IMG/VR virus record: IMGVR_UViG_3300021197_000270
Coordinates: 1 to 55,098 of that record
Strand: one strand, 5' to 3'
Source of the DNA: a virus
Taxonomy: Duplodnaviria > Caudoviricetes
Length of the DNA: 55,098 nucleotides
Both the position numbers and the translations under genes were made by a program. This document shows positions 23,424 to 33,077 of the stretch, in pieces (position 1 is the first letter of the stretch; every line of letters begins with the position of its first letter). The notes under the pieces are model-generated. The model worked only from the letters and a program-made list of their open reading frames with translations, made no database searches and was not told where the DNA came from.

Positions 23424-25862
23424 TTAAGAACCTCCTAATGCCACTACATCCCAAATACCGTCATCAGCCTTTTCAAGTCGCCCTCCAGCGAAACTAGGAG
23501 CGGTAGTCTTTGCTTCTTGTAGACTACCAATCTGGTAGCCAACTTCTGCGCCTATTCTAGCGTAGTTCTTAGAAGCATCCTCCGCTCTGTTGCGGATGAT
23601 TCCTTGAACTCTTCTTAACGCATCAATGGCTTGGCCTTTATTCGTAAACGTATTTTTCCAACTACCTAAATTCATGGTGTCGGTGCTTTTGTCATATACC
23701 GCATCAGCAAAACCTAACGACCTAGCAACTTGCTCACGTTCTTGGTTTGAAATCATTTTGCCACCCTCATTCAAAATAATTCGGGCTGACTGCAATGCAA
23801 TGATTCTGTTTAAGTTTTCAAACTCGCTTGCTGCACTGACCACACCATACTCAAGACCTGCTGCGCTAAGAACACCCTGCATGGGTGTGCCTTCAGTAGC
23901 TCCTCTTGCCGAGTCAGCAAGTTTTCCAAGAAGACCCGGTGTGCCTAATGCACCATCCTCTGCAAGTTTTATAGCGTCTTCAAGTGCATTGTCTGTACGA
24001 GCCATGGCTTCAAGATCTTGCACATAACCAGCCGTTGCGGCTGTCCACTCATTAACACCGCCAGCTAACTGAGGTTTGAGGCCAAGTGCAAGACCTTCAC
24101 GAGTGGGGTATACGAGGTTAACACTAACATTTTGGTTAAGATCTTTTTTAACTGTCTTGGTCATATAGTAGTCGTCAAGACCCTTCTTACTACCTGACGC
24201 CGTTACTTTAGCTTTTGCTAATTCATTCGCATCATCAAGTTGTTGTCTATACACGGCACCAGAAACCAAAGGAACCCCACCCATGGCATCAAATGCTTTA
24301 TCGTTCAAACGAAGATGCGTGCCTTTGAGAATCTTTCTACCATCTGGAGCGGTGAAGTCGGCAGCGGCATAATAAGAGTTCTTTGAGAACCCTCTCGTCC
24401 GATCTGCTTCTTGTCTTTGAATCACATATTTTGAAGCAAGAAGATCTGTCTCTCGTTGAAACGCCTTTCGCTTGTCCGCCTCTTTAATAAAGTTTGGAAG
24501 CGTCTTTTTCATACCATCAGCAATATTTTCTAATGCACTTCCGCTTTTACCACTAGCGATAGTAAATCCCATCAAAGCAATATTGAGTCCCATTGTTGAT
24601 GGGTCAGAATCATACTTTGGAAGAAGTTTGAGAAACTCAGCTTTTAAGTCTTCTGCGGAGCCGGTGCCTGTTTCAACAGCCGTTTGAATCTCAGATTTAG
24701 CTGAATCTTGTTCAGGCACACCCTGTGCCGCATTAGCCGCCTTGGCTTGAGCTACAATATCAGGGAAGTTTTCTGGCTTTGGTTGCGGCACTGTTATGTC
24801 AGCGGCAGGATCTGTGTCTGTGCGTTGTTCCACAGTTGACCCTGTAGGACTGGTGTCGTCAGTAGTCGCGGTCGCGGTCTCTGTTTCAGTCTCCGAATCA
24901 TCAGGAAACGCGCCTTCAGGAGTGCCGTCATCATACCGAGAGCCAGCAAGAATATCACCGTCATCAGGACTCGGACCAAGTTGATCTTGTTGTCTGCGGT
25001 CTTCAGATTCTAATGTTCTTTGTTGCTGTTGGGCGGCATTAATCAACTGTTGAATGTCGTCAGTAGGTCCGGCGCTAACTGCCCCTGTAGTTGGATCGAC
25101 ATCAACCGTACCGCCTGCTGCGGTTATTGCTCGGGCGCGATCTATGTCCCTTTGACGAGCGGCAAGTTCACCATCAGGAATAGGCCCAGCGGCTTGTCTT
25201 GGGCCTTGAAACATACCACGAGGAGCCGATGGAGTTGGAATTTGTGAAGCTCTTTGCTGTCGCAATATTGCATCATCATAACTCTTCGGAGCTGGATTAA
25301 TATTTAAAGTTGACAAGAACTTGTCCGTTGGCTCTACAGATCCTAAACGGCCACCAACGGTGCTAGTATCTCCACTGTCAGACATAAACGGAGACAGCGC
25401 CAAAGAACTTAACATTCCTTGCCCCGTGCCTAAAAGACTTGCTCCACCTCTAACTACGTCAGAAGCAAGAGTGTCTCCAAGATAATCTTCTACACCTTGT
25501 GTTGCGTCCAGAGCCTGTTGCCCACCAGCTACAGCCTGAAGTTGCGCCCTTTCAAGAACACTTAAACTTCCAATGCCCCCTTCTTTGGCTCTTCTCGCAA
25601 TATCTATGAGTCCCGCTGTGTATGGATCTGAGGCAGTGCCTGGAGAAAAATATTGTTGACCACTTCTAGTGGTAAAAGTTTGTACACCCGTAGGAGGAAC
25701 CACTTGTCCGCTTGCCGTTACATTTCTAGGACCAGTTGGACTATGAGAATGTCCCACTGGCCCACCAGCGTGAAACTTCTGCACGCTAGTTATACCCGCT
25801 GACCGATTCAAAGCGTTACGAGCGTTACGCGGCTTGAACATTTTGCGGTTATATACGCTCAT
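23424..25862 (-). CDS. Internal virion (ejection) protein
   Basis: 812 aa; R.MF and FHAGGPV N-terminus; position. Confidence 0.65.
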   Translation of the reverse strand: MSVYNRKMFKPRNARNALNRSAGITSVQKFHAGGPVGHSHSPTGPRNVTASGQVVPPTGVQTFTTRSGQQYFSPGTASDPYTAGLIDIARRAKEGGIGSLSVLERAQLQAVAGGQQALDATQGVEDYLGDTLASDVVRGGASLLGTGQGMLSSLALSPFMSDSGDTSTVGGRLGSVEPTDKFLSTLNINPAPKSYDDAILRQQRASQIPTPSAPRGMFQGPRQAAGPIPDGELAARQRDIDRARAITAAGGTVDVDPTTGAVSAGPTDDIQQLINAAQQQQRTLESEDRRQQDQLGPSPDDGDILAGSRYDDGTPEGAFPDDSETETETATATTDDTSPTGSTVEQRTDTDPAADITVPQPKPENFPDIVAQAKAANAAQGVPEQDSAKSEIQTAVETGTGSAEDLKAEFLKLLPKYDSDPSTMGLNIALMGFTIASGKSGSALENIADGMKKTLPNFIKEADKRKAFQRETDLLASKYVIQRQEADRTRGFSKNSYYAAADFTAPDGRKILKGTHLRLNDKAFDAMGGVPLVSGAVYRQQLDDANELAKAKVTASGSKKGLDDYYMTKTVKKDLNQNVSVNLVYPTREGLALGLKPQLAGGVNEWTAATAGYVQDLEAMARTDNALEDAIKLAEDGALGTPGLLGKLADSARGATEGTPMQGVLSAAGLEYGVVSAASEFENLNRIIALQSARIILNEGGKMISNQEREQVARSLGFADAVYDKSTDTMNLGSWKNTFTNKGQAIDALRRVQGIIRNRAEDASKNYARIGAEVGYQIGSLQEAKTTAPSFAGGRLEKADDGIWDVVALGGS

Positions 25863-26755
25863 TATTTTGTACCACCCAGTCCAAGCATGTTACCTAGCCC
25901 ACCAAAGATGCCGCCAGAGCCAAACGCTCCAGCCTGTTGAAGACCCGCCACGCCCATACCAAGGCCAGCAACTTGTGACAACATGCTAGGTGACGGCGCT
26001 GTACGACTGGTCAGTGTGCTTGTGGTGGTAGGCACGCCACGGAAGATATCAGACATAAAGCCGATACGTTGGTAAGGCTCAAACTGCCGCTCAAGGCTCG
26101 TGGCGCGTTGTGCCTCAAGTTCTGCTTGCTGTTGCTGTTGCTCTTGACCACCAAGCTGAGACAAGATGCCGATGTCTCGTTGTTGTGCCCCTTGTGCCGA
26201 TTCGCCCATAGCAGCCTGTTGCAGTCCTAGCTTGCCAAACAGTTCTGCCCCTTGCTGTGCTCGATCTTGAGCCGACTCAAATGCTTGCGCGCGAAGTTGC
26301 CCTGACTGCCTAGCAAAGGCGTCCGCCGTGTTGCGCTGTAGTTCTTGCTCTGCAATAGCCTGACGAGATCCGCCAAATGCGCCGGCCTGTACCGCAGCTG
26401 ATCCAATGCGCTGACGCTCCATGTCTGCTTGACGCTGTAGATCTGCAAGACTCTGATCTAGAACCTGATCCGTGTATGGGGACATATATTGTTGGAAAGC
26501 ACCCGGCTGTAACGCCGCTACGCCCTGACCAAGGGTCGCGGCGCCGGCTTGCATCATAGGCTGATATGCGCCGATGCCAGATACTCCAAGCTGGATGGCT
26601 TGCTGTTGTGCCGGCGTCATGCCAGCTACTTGATATGCAGGAATCGTGGTTGGCTGATTCGCCATCGTAGAGGTGCTGGCAAGCAGGTCTTTCAGGAAGG
26701 TTTCCTGATACTCCGGTAATACCTGTACCTGTTCGGTGCGGACTGTATCGACCAT
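25862..26755 (-). CDS. Q/G-rich DNA-transfer (pilot-like) virion protein
   Basis: YMSPY...V, GAFGGSRQAI, Gly-rich hydrophobic C-terminus. Confidence 0.7.
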   Translation of the reverse strand: MVDTVRTEQVQVLPEYQETFLKDLLASTSTMANQPTTIPAYQVAGMTPAQQQAIQLGVSGIGAYQPMMQAGAATLGQGVAALQPGAFQQYMSPYTDQVLDQSLADLQRQADMERQRIGSAAVQAGAFGGSRQAIAEQELQRNTADAFARQSGQLRAQAFESAQDRAQQGAELFGKLGLQQAAMGESAQGAQQRDIGILSQLGGQEQQQQQAELEAQRATSLERQFEPYQRIGFMSDIFRGVPTTTSTLTSRTAPSPSMLSQVAGLGMGVAGLQQAGAFGSGGIFGGLGNMLGLGGTK

Positions 26756-27555
26756 TATGCCATCCTCTCAAAATTGTCCATCATGGCGTACATCCGTTTT
26801 GCGCCTAGCTTTGTGTCTCCGTTACCCGCGCCTTTAACAGCGTTTTTAGTCATGACAAACTCTTCGTCCGAAAGCCTAGCCTCCTGAACCTTTTTGCCAT
26901 TCTGATATATGCCAGCCTTGATGCTGTCCGATGTGCCGGTGCCCGGTCCTTCGATCAAACCGCCGTTCATCAAGGATATGATACCGCCGGTAGCCATAGC
27001 CATGGACCGTTCTTTACGTTGCTTGATAGCCTCTTCAAGCTCCTCTGCCGTGTCGTACTTGATGTCTGTAACAGTGTCTACAAACAATCCAGCAATTGGC
27101 GTGCCTTTGTAGTCGGGTCGAGATTCAAGTTCCGTGGGGCCACTATCTGTAACATCTTCCTCACCAACACCAGCCATGCTCAACAAAGAACTACCAAGCA
27201 CTACGTCACCAACCCCGATGCCAGAGCCAAGAATCCCGCTCTTTGCTGCCTCGTTAGCTACAACCTGTTTCGTTGCCTGATCTGCCAAAACCTTTTGAGT
27301 GGCTGCATCCGTAGCCGCCTGCCCAGCCGCAGACTGCACTGCGGCACCTGGTCCTACGCCTAGTGCGCCAAGGCCAGCCGATGCGCCGCCGCCAATGATG
27401 GCGTTCTTGATAGCGTCTTTAGCATCACCACCAGCTACAAGAGTCCCGATTCCTGAACCAAGAGCCGAGTTTAGCGCAACACTACCGGCGGGACCAAAGT
27501 AAGCGCCGGCTATCCCGCCTATGACTGGTAACAATGATTTTAAACTAAGACCCAT
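26755..27555 (-). CDS. Internal virion protein (GPGTGTSD.I motif)
   Basis: Gly/Ala-rich N-terminus; ARLSD.EFV. Confidence 0.7.
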   Translation of the reverse strand: MGLSLKSLLPVIGGIAGAYFGPAGSVALNSALGSGIGTLVAGGDAKDAIKNAIIGGGASAGLGALGVGPGAAVQSAAGQAATDAATQKVLADQATKQVVANEAAKSGILGSGIGVGDVVLGSSLLSMAGVGEEDVTDSGPTELESRPDYKGTPIAGLFVDTVTDIKYDTAEELEEAIKQRKERSMAMATGGIISLMNGGLIEGPGTGTSDSIKAGIYQNGKKVQEARLSDEEFVMTKNAVKGAGNGDTKLGAKRMYAMMDNFERMA

Positions 27556-27564
27556 AACACACCT

Positions 27565-27852
27565 TTAGGACACTGCCACTGTAACAGAACCAACCGCAGT
27601 TGTCCCTACATTAGTGGTAGCAAAGATATCGTCCGCCTGAACGATCTTCAAGAACCCCGCATCCGCTATATACATATCACCCGTATCAAGAGATGTTGCG
27701 CTACCCATCTGGCTTATGCCTTGGAAGTTAACGTCTGCATCTCTTACCTCATCAATCAAAAACTCCAATGCCCGTGCCAGTTGATTTATGTAAACCGGAT
27801 CATATTCGTTCGGCGCGACAGGCAGAATCGGACGTACAACCTTTTTCGTCAT
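27565..27852 (-). CDS. Virion-associated hypothetical protein
   Basis: ATGA overlap; LP.AP.EY motif. Confidence 0.7.
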   Translation of the reverse strand: MTKKVVRPILPVAPNEYDPVYINQLARALEFLIDEVRDADVNFQGISQMGSATSLDTGDMYIADAGFLKIVQADDIFATTNVGTTAVGSVTVAVS

Positions 27853-29717
27853 CTTCTGCCATCCGGTCTCACATCTATTCTAGGGGCACCAAGACGCCAT
27901 CGGACGCCGGTTGCCGTGTTTTCTACGCGAATGGACATCTGTCTGCCTCGAGCGCGAAGGTCGATCTTGTCCGTGTATTGCTCTACAGGAGAAGTCGCTG
28001 TCCGTATTGCCGAGTCCGAAGGTGATTCTGTGAAGTTGTCGCCGCCAAAGTCTCTGCTACGAATCGTGAACAAGGCCGCAGGATTAGATGCATCAGAACC
28101 AGTAAAGCTCAAGTCTGGCAAGATGCGGTTGAGCAACATGAACTGTTGACCATCGCCTATGTCAAAATCCGAGGATTCCACGAAGGCGTTGATGGCTACG
28201 GCACTGCCTGTGCTGTAGTCGTCCAAGCCGTTCTCATGATCATACAAATACAGATCTGTGCCGGTGCCCTGCGGGAAACTACGAAGACCAGACGCTCTGT
28301 CGTTCCAAGCGGTGCGAACCAACGTGCCGTAGTACCAGACCTGTTGGCCGTAGTTGTAGACCACATACCGGTCAATCTCGGTTGAGCCGGACGAACAATA
28401 GTACCACCAGATCTCCGTCTGACTGGCGATTGATCCGGCGTGGAACTTGAACGACTGCTGGTTGTTCATGTCGTTGAAGACATAGTCTCGCACGGTGCAC
28501 GGTATGGCTTGCGTGCGTCCATCGTACAGATAGAAGTTCTCTTGACCCATCCAGAAAACAACGTCATTTACAGCAAGCGCGGTATTGGGGCCAGCAATAC
28601 GAGTGTTGTCAGCAAGCATGGACACACCAAACGTAAACGGCGGTCCAAGAAACTGCATTGAGTAGAGCGACTGATCGGTAAACACCAAGATCTGACGGCT
28701 TGTCTGAACGGCGGTAATGATCTCGCTGCCTTTCGACAAACGCAAATCACCAGCCGTATTGGTTGCCGTAGGCGTGAAATCAGTCAGGGACTCCTGACTA
28801 CCAAAGCGTATAAGCAAAGGATCTTGGGTGCTAGTGCCGATGATATTTGCGCCAAACGCAATTACATGCCGGTCAACGTCAGATACCAGAACCTTACGGG
28901 CAATGGTCGGTGTGTCACTAGCGCCGGTCAGTGACGATAGTTCCACGGCTCGTGTGCTGGTGCCGCCGGTAGCGTCCCAATAGAATATTGACCCATTCAT
29001 GACGTTAAAGACTAGATCTTCACCAAAGTTGTCTGCCGCCCAAAGACGTAGTGTCTGACCGGCAAGTGCACCAGAAGCTGAACCCCATTCAAAACGACCC
29101 CATGTGCCTGCGCCCCAACCTGTGCCAAGAATCGTGGTTGTTATGCCGATGTTGATCTGAAAAGCGGCTGTGCCAGAGGATCCGCCACCCGCCGTGCTGC
29201 CAGATGTAGCAGAACCAGCGGTGGTAATCGTAAAAGTGGTGGTGGTTGGTACACTTGTAATCTTGTGTTCAATGTTTAACTGCGCGGCAGTAATCCCGTC
29301 TGTAGTCGTAAGACTAGCAAGCGTAACAAAATCGCCAGTGTTTGCACCGTGTGCAGATTGTGTGGTTACGGTGACCACGCCACTACCCGCTCCACCCGTT
29401 GTGTTTACGGGGTTTGATCCAAGACTAACAGTAGATCGGATCGGGGTGATGTCGTTAAAGACACCAGAATCTTCAAGAAAGACCTTTTGCTCTGTGCCTA
29501 CAAACAACAGATTGGCCGAAGCCAATGTAACGAAGTCATATATCTTACGAGCTATACCGGTAAACTTGTTGTTTGACACACGAACCCAGCCGCCTATGCG
29601 CTCGACATAGCCGTTACGATAACGAATTTTATCTCCGTCAAACCAGCCACCCTCATTAGAGTAGTTTGTGCCCTCTCTATTGATGCCTGGTTTAAATTGC
29701 AGTTTGCTGAGAGGCAA
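27849..29717 (-). CDS. Tail tubular/nozzle (P22 gp10-like stabilisation) protein
   Basis: 622 aa beta-rich; PG....T.Y..EG.W N-terminus, RPDGRR C-terminus; TTG start with AGGAG. Confidence 0.75.
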   Translation of the reverse strand: MPLSKLQFKPGINREGTNYSNEGGWFDGDKIRYRNGYVERIGGWVRVSNNKFTGIARKIYDFVTLASANLLFVGTEQKVFLEDSGVFNDITPIRSTVSLGSNPVNTTGGAGSGVVTVTTQSAHGANTGDFVTLASLTTTDGITAAQLNIEHKITSVPTTTTFTITTAGSATSGSTAGGGSSGTAAFQINIGITTTILGTGWGAGTWGRFEWGSASGALAGQTLRLWAADNFGEDLVFNVMNGSIFYWDATGGTSTRAVELSSLTGASDTPTIARKVLVSDVDRHVIAFGANIIGTSTQDPLLIRFGSQESLTDFTPTATNTAGDLRLSKGSEIITAVQTSRQILVFTDQSLYSMQFLGPPFTFGVSMLADNTRIAGPNTALAVNDVVFWMGQENFYLYDGRTQAIPCTVRDYVFNDMNNQQSFKFHAGSIASQTEIWWYYCSSGSTEIDRYVVYNYGQQVWYYGTLVRTAWNDRASGLRSFPQGTGTDLYLYDHENGLDDYSTGSAVAINAFVESSDFDIGDGQQFMLLNRILPDLSFTGSDASNPAALFTIRSRDFGGDNFTESPSDSAIRTATSPVEQYTDKIDLRARGRQMSIRVENTATGVRWRLGAPRIDVRPDGRR

Positions 29718-29726
29718 AACAGACTC

Positions 29727-29939
29727 CTATGTGCCAGTAGCGATTTCTTCACTTTTGATAGATTGGATGAGTTTGTTAGTGAACATGTTTTGTGCAGCTT
29801 GTACTTGGTCAAGTTCAAAACTAATTTTCGCGGCTTTTTCTTGGCATGAACGAATCTGACTAATCATATATGTCTGTTGATCGTCTAAGTCTTCAGCACT
29901 GTATTCTTTGCCATCAATAGTAATTACGTTTTGTGTCAC
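29727..29939 (-). CDS. Small coiled-coil protein, possible fibre chaperone
   Basis: ITIDGKEY...L motif; follows fibre gene. Confidence 0.65.
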   Translation of the reverse strand: MTQNVITIDGKEYSAEDLDDQQTYMISQIRSCQEKAAKISFELDQVQAAQNMFTNKLIQSIKSEEIATGT

Positions 29940-29973
29940 TTTTTACCCCTTCTGACTATGTGAACTAAATCCA

Positions 29974-31557
29974 TCAGCCTATTTTTACAGCAACGGTGTG
30001 TTGACTGCTGCCTAATTTCCACACCTTGCCAATCGCTACAGAATATTGTTCAAATGTAGGCGAGGTGACTGCTGCTGCTTCAATGCCGCCATCTGACGTT
30101 GCTTGCGCCACAACAAAGTCACCAACTTTAGTAGTGCCAGTAATGGTGCAGGGAACCTGCCCACTAAACGCTATGCGGTCTACTTTCTGCCTCGCAGCCT
30201 CTAGCGCATCGCCTTCCAATGTTGTCTGATTACCATCAGCGTCAGTTGAAGCAATACTCCACACATCACCTCCAACATATGACGGGTCTGTTGATTTAAT
30301 TACAAAGCTGTGAGCATTAGCAAATACGTCAGTTAGCTTGCCATTTGCGTCAACCCCGCACACTGCACCTTTTGCAATAGTGCCTACACCATCAGCCTTA
30401 ATCATGTATTCAGCGTAGTCAGCACCAGATGCGTTGACTGTTCCACCAGCGTTAATCGCTCTATCTGTAGTATTCATACCTCGCACTTTGAGAGTGGCAT
30501 TTGCTGCGTTTGGTGCTTTACCACCTTCATTGGCGTTAAACACGCCAAAGTATTCAGTCGGAGATGTATCAGCAATTCTAATAGCTTGCAGCGCAGTTGT
30601 GTTTCCACACTGAATGTCTAAAACACCAGTGCCGGGGTCACGCCCGATGCCAACCTTATCTTCTCCAGCATTGACAGTTAGCATGTTAGCGTTGCCGTTG
30701 CTCTCAACACGGAAGTCTATGTCTGCGCTGCCATCATTAAATGATAATGTGCTGGCGTCATAATTTATTATGCTGGTTAAAGCCCCAGCTTTTATAGAGA
30801 AGATATCAAACGCCGCATCTTCAGTGCCATCGGACGCATCAATAATAAAGTTCCGCCACCGTGTTCCAACCGTGTTTTCAGCAGCATCGTTGTTAAAGTT
30901 GAATGTCAACTCACCAATGGCATCGTTGTCGGCAGGGCTTCCTGATGCTCTGGTCATCACAAGATTTGGACCAGTGTTAGCATCCGCATCCGTTGATGTA
31001 AGTGTTAGATTGTTAGAGTTGTCAGAGGTGGTAATTGTGGAAGCGGCAGTTGCGGCAAACCCGCCTGTGATGTCCACGCCTGTGCTGCTAGTTTCGATAC
31101 GTTTTGTATTATTGTTATAAAGTTCAACAGCACCATCATCTGTCAGCTTTGCAAGTGTTTCGCCGCCATCTCCAGAATAAAACTCAATGTTTGTGCCGCG
31201 TATTTCTAGGTTGCCCGTGCCTGTATCTTCCAACTTAGTTTTAGAACCGTTATGGCTAATTTTGAAATCGTCATCTGCGCCAAATATAAGAGCAGCATTG
31301 TCATTAAACTTTAGGTCATCTGTACCAGTAGGCACGAAACACACTGTAGTATCAGCATCATTCTTGATAACAACGTCACTGGTGCTACCCTGTCCTGTGA
31401 GGATAAGTCCTTCTGCGCTGGTAAAGCCAATAGCCGCATCATCGCCAGCAGCGGTATCACCTGCGGGTTCAACCGTGCCGGTAGACGTTACATTACCTGA
31501 AACGCTCAAATCAGACAGGGTCGTGATGTTTTTTGGTTCTTTACCTAGATATGGCAT
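29974..31557 (-). CDS. Tail fibre with C-terminal intramolecular chaperone (ADYAE motif)
   Basis: MPYLG start, DFRVESN module, GADYAEY. Confidence 0.8.
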   Translation of the reverse strand: MPYLGKEPKNITTLSDLSVSGNVTSTGTVEPAGDTAAGDDAAIGFTSAEGLILTGQGSTSDVVIKNDADTTVCFVPTGTDDLKFNDNAALIFGADDDFKISHNGSKTKLEDTGTGNLEIRGTNIEFYSGDGGETLAKLTDDGAVELYNNNTKRIETSSTGVDITGGFAATAASTITTSDNSNNLTLTSTDADANTGPNLVMTRASGSPADNDAIGELTFNFNNDAAENTVGTRWRNFIIDASDGTEDAAFDIFSIKAGALTSIINYDASTLSFNDGSADIDFRVESNGNANMLTVNAGEDKVGIGRDPGTGVLDIQCGNTTALQAIRIADTSPTEYFGVFNANEGGKAPNAANATLKVRGMNTTDRAINAGGTVNASGADYAEYMIKADGVGTIAKGAVCGVDANGKLTDVFANAHSFVIKSTDPSYVGGDVWSIASTDADGNQTTLEGDALEAARQKVDRIAFSGQVPCTITGTTKVGDFVVAQATSDGGIEAAAVTSPTFEQYSVAIGKVWKLGSSQHTVAVKIG

Positions 31558-31589
31558 ACCTGTTCCTCTATACTTCTTGTGCGTCTATC
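31540..31589. repeat. 50-bp direct repeat, copy 1 (46/50 identical to 33020-33069)
   Basis: tttaccta..tatggcatacctgttcct.tat.cttcttgtgcgtctatc. Confidence 0.9.
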
Positions 31590-31846
31590 ATGGTTTGATA
31601 CGCAGTCTTCACAGCATCACTCCACACAGCGTTGCAGATAGCTTGCACTTCAGTGCTTTCGCCGCTGATGTCTGTGTCAGCCCACGAACCGCTTGCTTTT
31701 GTGCTGGGTTGCAACGCATGACGATGAAAGCTACGGCTAATCTCTACGCCGTCACGCTTGATGATGGTTGCAGTGCGTACTTGTACAGCTTTGTAGTCGC
31801 CAACTACCTCAATCTTGTCTTGTACTGTTTCTTCTGTAAGTGCCAT
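31568..31846 (-). CDS. Tail fibre assembly/chaperone-like protein
   Basis: MALTE...DKIEVVG...QVR....I..DG.E.SRSFHRH...VQAICNAVW; follows an LDDYEEG fibre. Confidence 0.7.
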   Translation of the reverse strand: MALTEETVQDKIEVVGDYKAVQVRTATIIKRDGVEISRSFHRHALQPSTKASGSWADTDISGESTEVQAICNAVWSDAVKTAYQTMIDAQEV

Positions 31847-31903
31847 TTTTATCTCCTATGGTTGGACTGTCCGCCCCCAGCATTTACTAGAGGTATAAAG
31901 TTA

Positions 31904-33037
31904 TTAATTTACGTCATAATGACCGAACCATCGCCAGCCACCATTCAAAGCCATTGTGTTTCCGGCAACAGACCCGCCGTCTTGAAATTTATAAACGCCT
32001 ATAACAGTGCCGTTATTAAAAATAACACCTGTAACGTGGATGTTGTTTGAAACACCTCCAGTGTAACTAATAAGCGCACCCGATGACGGAACAGCATTTT
32101 TTGAAGTAAAAGGCAAACCGCCAATGTAAAGATGGCTGCTATTTCCCGTAATCGAATTGCCGTCTAATTCAAATTCAAAGAAAACCCTGTTGCCAACTTT
32201 TGTGTAACGGCCAGTCTGAATTGAATATGTCGCAGAATCAGTGCCTTGCGTGTAGGATGGCGTAAACGTACCCTCCTCATAATCGTCAAGAAGTTCACTT
32301 GTCATGCCACTAGCGTCACTGGTTGCAGCAAAACTAATGCCGTGACCGCTTGCCACCACAAGGTCACCGTCAGTCAAAGTTAGTCCATTACTAAGTGTTG
32401 CGGCACCATTATCAGACATATCCAAGTCAAGAGCAGTTATTATTGAACCACCATCATTACCCTGAAACTTTATGTCTCCGTCAGATATAGGGTTTTTAAT
32501 TCTGGAATTGTTGCCATCCTTGTCAATTTCAAGAAACGTAGTGCCGCCATCTGCAAGAATTATATCTGCGCCATCAGCGTCGAGAGTAATATCTCCCGCC
32601 ACGTCTATCGTTAAATCCCCAGAACTAAGGTCAATCTCCGTGCCGTCAATAGTGATGTTGTCTACAACCACTCCAGCATTTGCAGTTACTACACCAGTGA
32701 GTGCAGTAGTGCCGGTAACACTAAGATTACCACCCACAGAAAAGTCACTATCTACATCGCCACTAAACACACTAAACGTGTCGTAAACAATGATCTCTAC
32801 CTGATCGTTGGCTGTTAGTGCTGTCAAACCAGCAATCGTATTAGCTGTATTGGTGTTGTAGTCAGTGCCAGCAACCAGTGCCACACCATTGACCGATACG
32901 TCTACAAAGTTGCCATCAGTAAAGGTAAGCGTACCACCAGTGGTCATGCTGCCAGATATTGAGGTTTCACTCCCGCTGGCAGTAAGGTAATACCTAGCCC
33001 TAGTGGCCTGTGATGGGGTTTTACCTATGTATGGCAT
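31904..33037 (-). CDS. Tail fibre protein
   Basis: MPYIG start; LDDYEEGTFTP...YTKVG...GLPF tip. Confidence 0.8.
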   Translation of the reverse strand: MPYIGKTPSQATRARYYLTASGSETSISGSMTTGGTLTFTDGNFVDVSVNGVALVAGTDYNTNTANTIAGLTALTANDQVEIIVYDTFSVFSGDVDSDFSVGGNLSVTGTTALTGVVTANAGVVVDNITIDGTEIDLSSGDLTIDVAGDITLDADGADIILADGGTTFLEIDKDGNNSRIKNPISDGDIKFQGNDGGSIITALDLDMSDNGAATLSNGLTLTDGDLVVASGHGISFAATSDASGMTSELLDDYEEGTFTPSYTQGTDSATYSIQTGRYTKVGNRVFFEFELDGNSITGNSSHLYIGGLPFTSKNAVPSSGALISYTGGVSNNIHVTGVIFNNGTVIGVYKFQDGGSVAGNTMALNGGWRWFGHYDVN

Positions 33038-33069
33038 ACCTGTTCCTTTATGCTTCTTGTGCGTCTATC
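33020..33069. repeat. 50-bp direct repeat, copy 2
   Basis: Matches 31540-31589. Confidence 0.9.
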
Positions 33070-33077
33070 CGATGGGG

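Noticed and set aside
31187-32050. Long plus-strand ORFs opposite structural genes (also 35778..36359, 43660..44463)
   Set aside because: Antisense shadows of codon-biased Thr/Gly/Ala-rich genes; no RBS or motifs
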